A DNA stretch of 62,350 bases, filler included, from Dehalococcoidia bacterium (GTDB taxonomy: Bacteria > Chloroflexota > Dehalococcoidia > DSTF01 > RBG-16-68-14), in the NCBI GenBank assembly GCA_040882355.1. It is 8 parts of 8 records of this genome, joined end to end, with 100 filler letters (N's around TTAATTAATTAA, not from the genome) between each part and the next. Parts side by side here need not be neighbours in the genome. Positions count along the whole stretch, not along the records: positions 1 to 9,118 come from JBBEBM010000002.1; positions 9,219 to 17,838 come from JBBEBM010000003.1; 6 more parts are not named here. The stretch is one strand, 5' to 3'. Of the stretch, positions 1 to 9,236 are shown piece after piece. The notes beneath the pieces are model-generated. The model was not told the DNA's origin. It worked only from the letters and a program-made list of their open reading frames with translations, and did not search any database. Both the position numbers and the translations under genes were made by a program. Numbering within the stretch: position 1 is the stretch's first letter; every line of letters starts with the position of its first letter.

Positions 1-1
1 C

Positions 2-2926
2 GTGGTCGATACGCCTACGATCACTTCGACGCCGACGGACACGCGCACGCCGGCGAACACGCCGACGCCGGCCAACACGCTGACGCCCACGAGCACGCCC
101 AGCCCGTCGTCGACCGACACGCCGGCACCGACTTCAACGGCGACGGCGACGGCCACGCAGACGCCGCTGGCGCCGGACCTGACGGTGACGAAGACCGATT
201 CGCCGGACCCGGTGCCGGGCACGCTGGCGCTGACTTACACGACCGTCGTGCACAACGTGGGCGGCCAGGCCGTCAGCGACGTCCGGATGATCGACACGCC
301 ACCGTCGAACTTCACGTACACGAGCTTCAGCACAAGCCAGGGGAGCTGCGCTATCGTCGCTTCGCTGACGGGCGGGACGCTGGACTGCGACCTGGGCACG
401 CTGGGGCCGGGCGCCTCGGCGACGATCATCGTGGTCGGATCCGTGCCGACGGCAGGCACCGTCGTGAACACGGCGACAGTCGATCCGTTTGGCGCGGTGG
501 CGGAGGCCGACGAGACGAACAACGAAGCGCAGGCATCGACGACGATTACGGACCCGCCGACGCCCACACCGACGAACTCGCCAACGATCACGCCGACGTT
601 CACTCGCACGCCGACGCGGACGCCGACCCCCACGAGCACGCCAACAGCCACGCCGACGCCCGACCTGCGGATGACCCTGGTAGTGCTGCCCGGTCAGACG
701 TTTACGCCCGGGGTGGGCGTCACGGGCGGCCCGACGCCGCGGACGGCCGGAGCGCCCTTCAGTGTCGATATCGTAGCGGTGTTCGCGGACTTCACGATCG
801 CGCCGGTCAACAACACGGTGTCGCTGATCACAGACGACCCGCAGGACACGCACCCGGCGCCGGAGGCGCTGGTGAACGGTGAGGCGACCTTCACTATCGA
901 CCCGCGCGTCGCCACGCAGACCGGCTGGCGAGTGCGGCCGAGCGGCGGCCCGGGCACGAACACGCCGTCCGATCCATACATCGTCAATTCGGCAGCGGTG
1001 AACGAGACGGTTGTGGTCCTCCCGGGCGAGACGCTGACGCCGGGCGTCGGCTTCGTCGGAACGGCCAGCCACCACCTGGTGGGCACGCCGTTCCCGGCGC
1101 GAGTCGTGGCCGTCGATCAGTTCTTCAACACGGCGCAGTCCGCCTCCAATATGGTCACCCTCACCAGCGCCTGCGGACTCTACTGCCAGGGCACGAACCC
1201 CGGGAACATCAGCCCGCCGAGCCAGGCGCTCACCAACGGCGAGGCCATCTTCACTATTACGCCGGCTACTGTGGGCATCTGGGCCGCTCAGCCCGGCGGC
1301 GGCCCTGGCGCGAACACCACCTCGCATCCGTACACGGTCTCGGTACCGATTAACACCAGCGCCGGCAATGGCGGGCCGGGCTTTAGCGGCGACAACGGTG
1401 CCGCGACTTCGGCGCGCTTCACGCTGCCGATGGACGTGGCGCGGGACAGCGGCGGCAACATCTACATCGCGGATAGCGGCAACAACCGCGTGCGCCGGAT
1501 CACCCCCTCAGGAACGGTGACGACCTTCGCCGGCGGCGGCACGGGCTGCGGGGGCCAACTCAACACCCTGGGTGACGGCTGTCAGCGCACGCAGGCGCTG
1601 CTCAGCGCCGTCACCGGCCTCGCCTTCGATGGGCAGGGCAACCTCTACCTATCCGACCAGCTCCACCAGCGCATCCGCAAGGTCGACGCTTCGTCAGGCG
1701 TGATCACGACATTCGCGGGCAACGGTGTGGCCGGCTTCAGCGGCGATGGTGGACCGGCGACCTCGGCGAGCCTGCGCAACCCGTTCGGCCTGACGTTCGA
1801 CGGAGCGGGCAACCTCTACATCGCGGACGCGAGCAACCATCGCATCCGCCGTGTGATGCCGGGAGGCACGATCAGCTCGGTAGCGGGCAGCGGCGTGGCC
1901 GGCTGGGACGGTGACGAAGCTGAGGCGACGGTTGCGCGCATCAACTTCCCGACGGATATCGCCTTCGATTCAGCGGGCCGGATGTACATCGCCGACTCGG
2001 GTAACAGCGTTGTCCGCATCGTCCAAGCTACCGGCATCATCAATACTCTGGCCGGGCAGGCAACGGTCGTGGGCGGAGGCCAGCCGGGGTTCAGCGGCGA
2101 CGGCGGTCCGGCGGTAGCTGCGCAGCTCAGCAACCCGTTCAGTCTGGTGATCGACTCGGGCAACAAGATCTTCATCGCTGACGCCGGCAATCAGCGGATC
2201 CGCATGATCGACTCGAGCGGCATCATCTCGACGGTCGGCGGCAGCGGCACGACAGGCTACGGCGGAGACAGCGGGCCGGCAACAGCGGCGCTCATCGACA
2301 TGCCGGTAGGGATGGCGCTGGACGGGCAGGACCTGCTCGTGGCCGACATGAACAACCACCGGGTGCGGCGCATCGGTACAATTGGCAGTCCGCCGCCACC
2401 CACGCCGACCCCGACGCCGACCCGGACCGGCACGCCGACCGCCACGCCGACGATCACACCCACGCCTACGATTACGCCGACGCCGACTCAGGTCTGCCCG
2501 GACACGGATGGCGATTCGCTGAACGACTGCGCGGAGGCCAACCTCGGGACGAATCCAAACGACCCCGATACAGACGATGATGGCTGCTTCGACGGGCGGG
2601 AAGTCGGCGATAACCCGATGACCGGCGGACGCCGCGACCCAATCAACTTCTGGGACTTCTTCGATGCGCCTGCGGGCGTGCCGCTGCAGCGCGACGGGCT
2701 GATCAGCATCGGCGACGTCGGCGCAATCGTCGTGCGATTCGGCGGCATTGGCGACCCGAGCGGCGACCCACTCTCGACGCCACCGGTCAGCGGCTACCAC
2801 ACGGCGTATGACCGCGGCGCTTCGATACCCGGCGGCGACCCGTGGGACCTGCTTCCTCCGGACGGAGTGATCTCGATTGGGGACGTTGGCGCGATGGTCG
2901 CCCAGTTCGGCCATAGCTGCGCCTAG
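2..2926 (+). CDS. Large surface protein, 5'-partial: Pro/Thr linkers, DUF11-like Ig domain, two Ig-like repeats, NHL beta-propeller repeats, acidic DxDxDG repeats and a conserved C-terminal 'flexitail'-type domain
   Basis: (PT)n tracts; DLTVTKTDSPDPV...LTYT (DUF11-like); repeated GFSGDGGPA...P.G...D..GNLYIAD..N.RIR (NHL); C-terminus GGRRDP.NFWDF...DG.ISIGDV...QFGHSCA. Confidence 0.85.
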   Translation: MVDTPTITSTPTDTRTPANTPTPANTLTPTSTPSPSSTDTPAPTSTATATATQTPLAPDLTVTKTDSPDPVPGTLALTYTTVVHNVGGQAVSDVRMIDTPPSNFTYTSFSTSQGSCAIVASLTGGTLDCDLGTLGPGASATIIVVGSVPTAGTVVNTATVDPFGAVAEADETNNEAQASTTITDPPTPTPTNSPTITPTFTRTPTRTPTPTSTPTATPTPDLRMTLVVLPGQTFTPGVGVTGGPTPRTAGAPFSVDIVAVFADFTIAPVNNTVSLITDDPQDTHPAPEALVNGEATFTIDPRVATQTGWRVRPSGGPGTNTPSDPYIVNSAAVNETVVVLPGETLTPGVGFVGTASHHLVGTPFPARVVAVDQFFNTAQSASNMVTLTSACGLYCQGTNPGNISPPSQALTNGEAIFTITPATVGIWAAQPGGGPGANTTSHPYTVSVPINTSAGNGGPGFSGDNGAATSARFTLPMDVARDSGGNIYIADSGNNRVRRITPSGTVTTFAGGGTGCGGQLNTLGDGCQRTQALLSAVTGLAFDGQGNLYLSDQLHQRIRKVDASSGVITTFAGNGVAGFSGDGGPATSASLRNPFGLTFDGAGNLYIADASNHRIRRVMPGGTISSVAGSGVAGWDGDEAEATVARINFPTDIAFDSAGRMYIADSGNSVVRIVQATGIINTLAGQATVVGGGQPGFSGDGGPAVAAQLSNPFSLVIDSGNKIFIADAGNQRIRMIDSSGIISTVGGSGTTGYGGDSGPATAALIDMPVGMALDGQDLLVADMNNHRVRRIGTIGSPPPPTPTPTPTRTGTPTATPTITPTPTITPTPTQVCPDTDGDSLNDCAEANLGTNPNDPDTDDDGCFDGREVGDNPMTGGRRDPINFWDFFDAPAGVPLQRDGLISIGDVGAIVVRFGGIGDPSGDPLSTPPVSGYHTAYDRGASIPGGDPWDLLPPDGVISIGDVGAMVAQFGHSCA

Positions 2927-2983
2927 CCTCGAAGTCACGATGGCACGAAGACCACGACGGTCGTCAGCCGTCCTCGCTGGCTG

Positions 2984-3343
2984 TCAAGCTGTCGTGGGCT
3001 GATCGTCGAGGGTGAGCTGGTCGCCCACCTCTGTGCCGGAGGCGGCGATGGCGCCGCTGGGCAGTTCGATGACTGAGTGGGCGCCTACCCACTTGGCGCT
3101 CAGGCGGAACGGCTTCATGCTGCCGACGGCCTTCACCACCTGGCCCGCGCGGTTGAGGTAGAGGACGTCGATTGCGAAGCGCATGAAGGCGGTGTGAATG
3201 GAGCTGCACGGCTCAATGAGGAGCGCCTCGCCGGGGTCGAGCCCGGCGCGGCCCAGGAGGCCGACGGTACGCTTCCAGACGCTGCGCGCCGCGAACGCGT
3301 CGCCGGCAAGCTCGGCCCCTCGAGTCACGTTATAGATGCGCAT
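2984..3343 (-). CDS. DUF192 family protein
   Basis: R..GLLGR...GEALLIEPCSSIHTAFMRFAIDVLYL...VIELP motif; last gene of the tad run; ATG at 3343 just after the tadC stop. Confidence 0.85.
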   Translation of the reverse strand: MRIYNVTRGAELAGDAFAARSVWKRTVGLLGRAGLDPGEALLIEPCSSIHTAFMRFAIDVLYLNRAGQVVKAVGSMKPFRLSAKWVGAHSVIELPSGAIAASGTEVGDQLTLDDQPTTA

Positions 3344-3353
3344 CGGACCAGGC

Positions 3354-4262
3354 CTACTTGCCGGGGAAGTCACGCATGAAGGAGAGCACGGCCGGGCCGA
3401 GAATGGCGATGAAGAGGGTCGGCAGGATGCAGAGCACCAGCGGGAAGATCATCTTGATCGGCGCCTTGTAGGCCTGCGCCTCGGCGCGCTGCCGGCGCCG
3501 GATGCGGAGCTGGTCCGCCTGCACCCGCAGGACCGCGCCGATGCTCGACCCCATCTGCTCGGCCTGGATGACGGCGTTGACGAACGTGGTCAGGTCCGGG
3601 ACGTTGGAGCGCTGCGCGAACTCCTTGAGGGCCTCGCGGCGCATCTTACCCAGACTGATCTCGCGCAGCGTGCGCGTCAGCTCCTCAGCGAACGGCCCTT
3701 CCACCTTCTCAGCGACGCGGGCCAGTGCGGCGTCCAGTCCCAGACCGGCTTCTACACAGGTCGTAATCAAGTCGAAGGCGTCCGGCAAGCCGCGAATAAC
3801 CGTGGACTGGCGATGCCCGACGCGCTGCTTCAGCCAGAAGCGAGGCAGGAAGAAGCCCACGACGGCGAAGATGATCACCAGGGCGAACGCCATCATGCCG
3901 TGGACGAGGCCGGCGCCGAAGATGACGAGCACGGGCAACAGAATGAACGCGGCCGTGGTGACGACCTGGAAGGTGAGGTACTGGTTGACGGTCATCGGCT
4001 CGCCGGCCTGAAGCAGGCTCAGTTGGAGCCGTTCCACCATCGCGGTGGGCATGGCCCGCTTGATCTGCTGGACAAGGCTGTCCGCGAACGGCATCAGCAG
4101 ACGCTCAGAAAGCGACGCGGGGGGCGCACCTACCTGCCCCTGCTGGGACTGCCCGCTCAGCGCGTCGAGACGCGAGCGAATGCTGCCCTCCCGGCTTCCC
4201 AGCGCGAGCATGAAGATGAAGACGGTGGCAGCGACGGCGGCGACGGCAAGGATGAGCAGCAT
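3354..4262 (-). CDS. tadC: Tad pilus inner-membrane protein TadC (T2SS F family)
   Basis: LPDAFDLITTCVEAGLGLD; QAEQMGSSI..VLR.QA; K.PIKMIFPLVLCILP. Confidence 0.92.
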   Translation of the reverse strand: MLLILAVAAVAATVFIFMLALGSREGSIRSRLDALSGQSQQGQVGAPPASLSERLLMPFADSLVQQIKRAMPTAMVERLQLSLLQAGEPMTVNQYLTFQVVTTAAFILLPVLVIFGAGLVHGMMAFALVIIFAVVGFFLPRFWLKQRVGHRQSTVIRGLPDAFDLITTCVEAGLGLDAALARVAEKVEGPFAEELTRTLREISLGKMRREALKEFAQRSNVPDLTTFVNAVIQAEQMGSSIGAVLRVQADQLRIRRRQRAEAQAYKAPIKMIFPLVLCILPTLFIAILGPAVLSFMRDFPGK

Positions 4263-4268
4263 GATTGG

Positions 4269-5240
4269 TTACACCTCGATCGCTAGGATGCGGCGGATGA
4301 TCAGGATCCCGACGGTCTCCAAGAGGATGCCGACGCCGAGCATGATCCGTCCCAGCGACTCTGTGAAGAGCAGGCCGATGTACTCCGGGCTCACGATCAT
4401 GAAGAAACCACCGACGACGAGCGGCAGCAGCCCGATGATGATGCCCGTCATGCTCTGTTGGGCCGTGAGCGTGGCGATCTCGCCCCGGATGCGCACGCGT
4501 TCGCGCATCGTCTCGGCCACGGTCTCAAGGATCTCCGCCAGGTTCCCACCGACTGAGCGCTGCACCAGGATGGCGGTGACCACCAGGTCCAGGTCGTAGC
4601 TGCCGCAGCGCTCGCTCAGGTCCAGGAGCGCTTCTTCCGCGCTGGAGCCGATGTGCATCTCATGGATTGTTTGATTCAGCTCCGTGCCAACCGGATGCTC
4701 CATCTGCTCGGCCGCAAGACTCAGACTCTGCAGCAGGCCGAACCCCGCCTTGAGGGAGTTCGCGACGAGCGTGAGCGTTTCCGGAAGCTGGCCCTCAAGG
4801 TTCTTGCTGCGGCCTTCGCGACGGCGGTTCATGTAGATTGCGGGCAGCATGAAGCCGACGACTGCGGCAACAGCGCCGATGCCAAGGCCGAGCATGTTCC
4901 CCAGGATGAGGTAAGGGGCGGCGAAGCCGACGCAGGCCAGGGCCGCCCTGATGGCGACGAAATCGGCGGGCTGCATGTTGCTGTCCGCCCTGCTCAGGTC
5001 GTGGGCCATGCGCTCCTGCCAGGCGCCCGAGACGAAGAACCTGAGCGCGCCGGCGACGTTGCGACTCTCTCGCAACGGGGAGCTGGATGGGCCTTCGACG
5101 ACCGAGGCGGTGCCGGAGAGGATCCCTTCCAGGCGGCCTCGTACCTGGGTCCCCACTGCGCCATTGGCGTAGAACGCAAGCAGCAGGGTCAGGACGGTGG
5201 TCAACGTGGCGGCGGCTGCACTGAGCGCCAGGACGTCCAT
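4269..5240 (-). CDS. tadB: Tad pilus inner-membrane protein TadB
   Basis: QLPETL.LVANSLKAGFGL; QRSVGGNLAEIL; LTAQ; several TM segments. Confidence 0.92.
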   Translation of the reverse strand: MDVLALSAAAATLTTVLTLLLAFYANGAVGTQVRGRLEGILSGTASVVEGPSSSPLRESRNVAGALRFFVSGAWQERMAHDLSRADSNMQPADFVAIRAALACVGFAAPYLILGNMLGLGIGAVAAVVGFMLPAIYMNRRREGRSKNLEGQLPETLTLVANSLKAGFGLLQSLSLAAEQMEHPVGTELNQTIHEMHIGSSAEEALLDLSERCGSYDLDLVVTAILVQRSVGGNLAEILETVAETMRERVRIRGEIATLTAQQSMTGIIIGLLPLVVGGFFMIVSPEYIGLLFTESLGRIMLGVGILLETVGILIIRRILAIEV

Positions 5241-5243
5241 TGG

Positions 5244-6632
5244 CTATGCTCCTAACGGGGTAAAGATGTCCGCGGCCAGGTGGATGCCCGCGACTTCGAA
5301 CTTCTCGGCGAAGCGCGGACGCAGCCCGGTGCTCTTGAATTCGCCCAGCACGCGGCCGTCGCTGCCGACGCCGGACTGCTCGAAGCGGAACAGGTCCTGC
5401 ATGGTGACGACCTGGCCCTCCATGCCGGCGATCTCCGAGACGTGGGTGACGCGACGGCTGCCGTCCGGCATGCGGGCAATCTGGACAACGATGTGGACGG
5501 CCGATGAAACCTGTTCGCGGATCGCGCGAATCGGCAGGTCCAGACCAGCCATCAGGATCATGTTCTCGATTCGGGCGAGGGCGTCGCGAGGTGTGTTCGC
5601 GTGCACTGTGCTCATCGAGCCTTCGTGGCCGGTGTTCATGGCCTGCATCATGTCGAACGCCTCGGAGCCGCGCACCTCACCGACGATGATCCGGTCGGGG
5701 CGCATACGCAGTGAGTTCCGGACCAGGTCGCGCTGGGTGACCTCGCCCTTGCCTTCCAGGCTGGCCGGGCGAGCCTCCAGGCTGACCACGTGCCCCTGCT
5801 GGAGGCGGAGCTCCGTGGGGTCCTCGATCGTGAGGATGCGCTCCGTGTCCGGGATGAAGGACGAGAGCGCGTTGAGCATCGTAGTCTTGCCGGTGCCGGT
5901 ACCGCCGGAGACGATCATGTTCAGGCGCACCTGGACGCAGGCGCGGAAGAACTCCGCGAGCTCGCGTGTCATGGTGCCCGTCGCGATCAGGTCCTCGATG
6001 GTCATCTTGTCCACGCGGAACTTCCGGATGGTGATGGTCGGGCTCTTGGGCGCGACCGGTGGGATGATCACGTTGACACGGGAGCCGTCCGGCAGGCGGG
6101 CGTCCACCATCGGGCTCGACTCATCGACGCGGCGCCCGAGCGGGGCCACGATGCGTTCGACGATGCGCATGATGTGGGCGTGATCGCGGAAGCGGACCGA
6201 GCTCAGATAGAGACGGCCTTCCTTCTCATAGAAGACCTGGTCGGCGTCGTTGACCATGATCTCTGATACGGCAGGGTCCTTGACCAACGGCTCGATTGGC
6301 CCGAGGCCGAGTACTTCGTCGGCCACCGTAGCCACCAGCTCGTCGCGCACTGCGCCGACGATGCCCGGCATCTCCTGGGCGATGAGCGTGCGTGCCGCGG
6401 CCTCCACGGCCTCTCGCGCCCGCTCCGTGTCCAGGCCCTGGAGCTTGGTCGGGTCCAGCTCCTCAATGAGGCGCTGGTGCAGGGTGAACTTCAGGTCGGT
6501 GACCGCTTCGACGCTCTGACCCTTGCGCTGGCTGGCGCGGTCCTGCACGTCGGAGCCGCCGCCTGCGCCGGCGTTGCTGGCGGGGGGCGCGCCGCCGCCG
6601 GTTCGTCTCGATTGCCACGAAAACTGACTCAT
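5244..6632 (-). CDS. cpaF: Tad pilus assembly ATPase CpaF/TadA
   Basis: Walker A GGTGTGKTT, TIED..EL, LRMRPDRIIVGEVRG, NTGHEGSMSTVHAN. Confidence 0.95.
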   Translation of the reverse strand: MSQFSWQSRRTGGGAPPASNAGAGGGSDVQDRASQRKGQSVEAVTDLKFTLHQRLIEELDPTKLQGLDTERAREAVEAAARTLIAQEMPGIVGAVRDELVATVADEVLGLGPIEPLVKDPAVSEIMVNDADQVFYEKEGRLYLSSVRFRDHAHIMRIVERIVAPLGRRVDESSPMVDARLPDGSRVNVIIPPVAPKSPTITIRKFRVDKMTIEDLIATGTMTRELAEFFRACVQVRLNMIVSGGTGTGKTTMLNALSSFIPDTERILTIEDPTELRLQQGHVVSLEARPASLEGKGEVTQRDLVRNSLRMRPDRIIVGEVRGSEAFDMMQAMNTGHEGSMSTVHANTPRDALARIENMILMAGLDLPIRAIREQVSSAVHIVVQIARMPDGSRRVTHVSEIAGMEGQVVTMQDLFRFEQSGVGSDGRVLGEFKSTGLRPRFAEKFEVAGIHLAADIFTPLGA

Positions 6633-6658
6633 CCGGTCTCCTCCTCGCGCGCGCTACC

Positions 6659-7852
6659 CTAGCTGGCCCGTCCCAGGAAGCGCTCCAGGAACCCCTTCCG
6701 CTCTCGCGGCGCGCCGGAGAAGGCGTAGGCCATGTCTGTGATGGCGCGCGACACGCGGGCGTACGGTTTGGCTACGACGATAGGGATGCCGAGCTGGTTG
6801 GCGCTGGCGACGTTGTAGTCGTGCGGGATGCGCCAGGTCACGTTGTACTCCAGGACGCGCTCTACGTCCTCCTCGCGCAGGCTGTTGGAGGAGGTGGAGT
6901 GGTTGATCGTGAGCTTGACCTTGTCCTCCGACACCTGGGCGGCTCGCAGCATCTCCAGAGCGAGCGCGGTGTCCTTGATGCTGGCGATGTCCATGCTGGT
7001 GACCAGGAGGATGACGTTCGCCAGGTCGAGCGTGGTGGCGATCAGCTCGTTAAACGTACCCGGCGTATCGATGATGATGTAGTCGTGACCTTGCGCCAGC
7101 AAGTCCACGATCTTCTGAATGTGCTGTGGCGTCAGGTTGCGCCACTCGGTTGGGTGGAGCGGCGCGGGCAGAATGGAGACGCCGGTGTGGTGCCGGACCA
7201 GGTGGTCTTTGATCGACTCGCGGTCGAGCGTGTCGATCTGGCGGCCGAGGTCAGCAATGCTGGTCTCGACGGCGATGTCCATCATGATCGCTACGTCGCC
7301 GAAGCGGGTGTCCATGTCCACGAGCACCACGTTGGCCCCGGTGGCGCGCACCAGCGCGGATGAAAGGTTGGTGGCGATTGTGGTCTTCCCGATGCCGCCC
7401 TTGGCCCCGAAGATGGTGATGACGGTGCCGCGGGCGATGGTCTCTTCGCTGCCGCCCTTGGAGTGGATCCGCTTGCGCTCCTCGTGCTCCAGGATGCCGT
7501 AGACGGAACGGGTGACGTCCTCCGGCTTCAGCGGCTTTACCAGGTAATCGCGGGCGCCGACCACCATGGCGCGCCGAACGGAACCGGCGTCCGACAGGGA
7601 CGAGTAGACGATGATGGCAGCCTGCGGAGCGGCCGCGCCGACCATCTCTATGGTCTGCAGGGCGCGCGCCACGGGCTCTTCCATGCTCACCAGGACGACA
7701 TCCGGCGGGTGCTCCTTGGCAACCGTGACCGCCTCGATGCCGTGGTCAGCTTCGCCCACGACGGTGAACTGGCTGACCTGAAGCATGCGCTTCGTGTCTG
7801 CCCGGGCGCTCAGGTCCGGGTCAACGATCAGGATCTCTGGGTTACGCGCCAC
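6659..7852 (-). CDS. cpaE: CpaE/TadZ: receiver-like domain plus ParA/MinD ATPase
   Basis: N-terminal receiver fold (GA.DYLVKP); GAKGGIGKTT; position in the tad cluster. Confidence 0.9.
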   Translation of the reverse strand: MARNPEILIVDPDLSARADTKRMLQVSQFTVVGEADHGIEAVTVAKEHPPDVVLVSMEEPVARALQTIEMVGAAAPQAAIIVYSSLSDAGSVRRAMVVGARDYLVKPLKPEDVTRSVYGILEHEERKRIHSKGGSEETIARGTVITIFGAKGGIGKTTIATNLSSALVRATGANVVLVDMDTRFGDVAIMMDIAVETSIADLGRQIDTLDRESIKDHLVRHHTGVSILPAPLHPTEWRNLTPQHIQKIVDLLAQGHDYIIIDTPGTFNELIATTLDLANVILLVTSMDIASIKDTALALEMLRAAQVSEDKVKLTINHSTSSNSLREEDVERVLEYNVTWRIPHDYNVASANQLGIPIVVAKPYARVSRAITDMAYAFSGAPRERKGFLERFLGRAS

Positions 7853-7895
7853 GGTCTCTTGCCTCTCCCTCGCTACGCAGCGGCACTAGCGAACC

Positions 7896-8714
7896 TTAGC
7901 CCTCTGTTCCTTGCACGATGCACTGCACAGGCACGAGTCCTGTCGGGCTGACGTCTCCGAGTTGGCGCACGGCGAGTCTGATTTCACCGGCGATGTCTCC
8001 GCAGAAAATGTTCTGCCCCTGCTGCGGCGTCACCATGAAGGTGACGGTCGCGGCCTGCGGATTCGGAGGGGCCAGGGATCCTCTGGTGCGGTCGTCTTCC
8101 TCACCCCCGGCCGGCGCCTCTGGCGTGGCGGCCGATATCGTCGCCGGCAGTTCAACCAGGATCTGTGCGACGGCGACGACCTCGACGTTTTCGGCCAGGA
8201 GCTGTCCGCCGACCGTGTCCTCAGGGGCGCCGTTCGGGATCCAGAGGATGTCGACGTGGTCTCCCGGCAGGACGAGGCCGCCGGCGCCGATCACCATGTC
8301 GACGTCGATGGCCATGCCGCGCTGTCCGTCCTTCAGGATGTGGCTGAGGGCGTCGTTGCTGATCTCGCCCGTGCCAACAAAGTTGGACTGGAGCAGCGGC
8401 TCGCCGATCTCGATCGGGTAGCGGGCTTGCAGTCCGACCGCAGCGTCGAGGCTGCTCAGGTGACCTGCGCCGACGGCGTCTTGCGAAAGCACCTTCTCTT
8501 CGATCATGTCCTCAGAGATGGTGTCGCCGGCCAGGATGGTGTCCTTGGCAACGACGACAGAGATGTCGACGCTGGACGTGGTCCCGCTGTCGCCGCCGCC
8601 TTGTGATAGGGCGGCGTAAGCGAGGATGCCACTCAACGTGGCGAGGATTAGGGCCAGGAACAGGAACCGCCGGTTCACCCGGCCCACGGCGACGCTGGTC
8701 ATCGGTCGAGCCAT
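7896..8714 (-). CDS. cpaB: Flp pilus assembly protein CpaB/RcpC
   Basis: N-terminal TM, SAF-like VVVAKD.I..G..I, GGLVLPGDHVDI, ENVEVVAV. Confidence 0.88.
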   Translation of the reverse strand: MARPMTSVAVGRVNRRFLFLALILATLSGILAYAALSQGGGDSGTTSSVDISVVVAKDTILAGDTISEDMIEEKVLSQDAVGAGHLSSLDAAVGLQARYPIEIGEPLLQSNFVGTGEISNDALSHILKDGQRGMAIDVDMVIGAGGLVLPGDHVDILWIPNGAPEDTVGGQLLAENVEVVAVAQILVELPATISAATPEAPAGGEEDDRTRGSLAPPNPQAATVTFMVTPQQGQNIFCGDIAGEIRLAVRQLGDVSPTGLVPVQCIVQGTEG

Positions 8715-8957
8715 GGGTTCTCCCTCACTTACTTATGGAATGAGCCCTCCGTGCAATGAGAGCACCTATGAGATGTATCGGTAGGCGCGAGCCAAGCTTT
8801 ACGTCTCGCGGGTTGCCTGACGGCTTTACGATCCGGCGGCCCGGTTGCCCGGCAGCCAATCGTGCAGGTCCGTCGTGTCCGCGCCTGGCGCCACCCTGGG
8901 ACTGCGCTTGTGCGGCACCGGGGATTCGCTCCTTCGTCCGGGCCGCTCCTGGACGTA

Positions 8958-8985
8958 GGAGAGGCCGGCACATGCCGGCCTCTCC
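8958..8985 (-). terminator. Strong hairpin just downstream of flp (terminator or mRNA stabiliser)
   Basis: Perfect 13-bp inverted repeat GGAGAGGCCGGCA-ca-TGCCGGCCTCTCC; no clear U-tract. Confidence 0.55.
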
Positions 8986-9010
8986 CGTTCTCGACGTTCT
9001 TGGGTCTGGA

Positions 9011-9118
9011 CTAGCAGCTGCCGCTGAGGCAGTTGGTAGCGGCCTGGAACGCGTTCACGATGGCGCCACGGAACACGATCAGGACGCCGGCGGCGATGAA
9101 GGCGGCGACGACGGCGAG
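9011..9118 (-). CDS. flp: Flp family pilin, 5'-truncated by the contig end (absent from the ORF track)
   Basis: Manual translation LAVVAAFIAAGVLIVFRGAIVNAFQAATNCLSGSC*; hydrophobic pilin helix upstream of cpaB. Confidence 0.75.
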   Translation of the reverse strand, partial: LAVVAAFIAAGVLIVFRGAIVNAFQAATNCLSGSC

Positions 9119-9218
9119 NNNNNNNNNNNNNNNNNNNNNNNNNNNNNNNNNNNNNNNNNNNNTTAATTAATTAANNNNNNNNNNNNNNNNNNNNNNNNNN
9201 NNNNNNNNNNNNNNNNNN
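9119..9218. other. Artificial contig linker (others at 17839-17938, 23276-23375, 31593-31692, 39872-39971, 47969-48068, 55208-55307)
   Basis: Identical 100-nt N/TTAATTAATTAA/N blocks with stop codons in all frames. Confidence 0.98.
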
Positions 9219-9236
9219 TGTCGGCGAGGGCAGCAT

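Noticed and set aside
2..660. ACGCCG-type tandem repeats as a CRISPR array or VNTR
   Set aside because: They encode Pro/Thr linkers; no repeat-spacer structure or cas genes anywhere in the window
9119..9218. Recurring TTAATTAATTAA motif within N runs
   Set aside because: Artificial contig linker; ORFs and gene neighbourhoods crossing it are not biological
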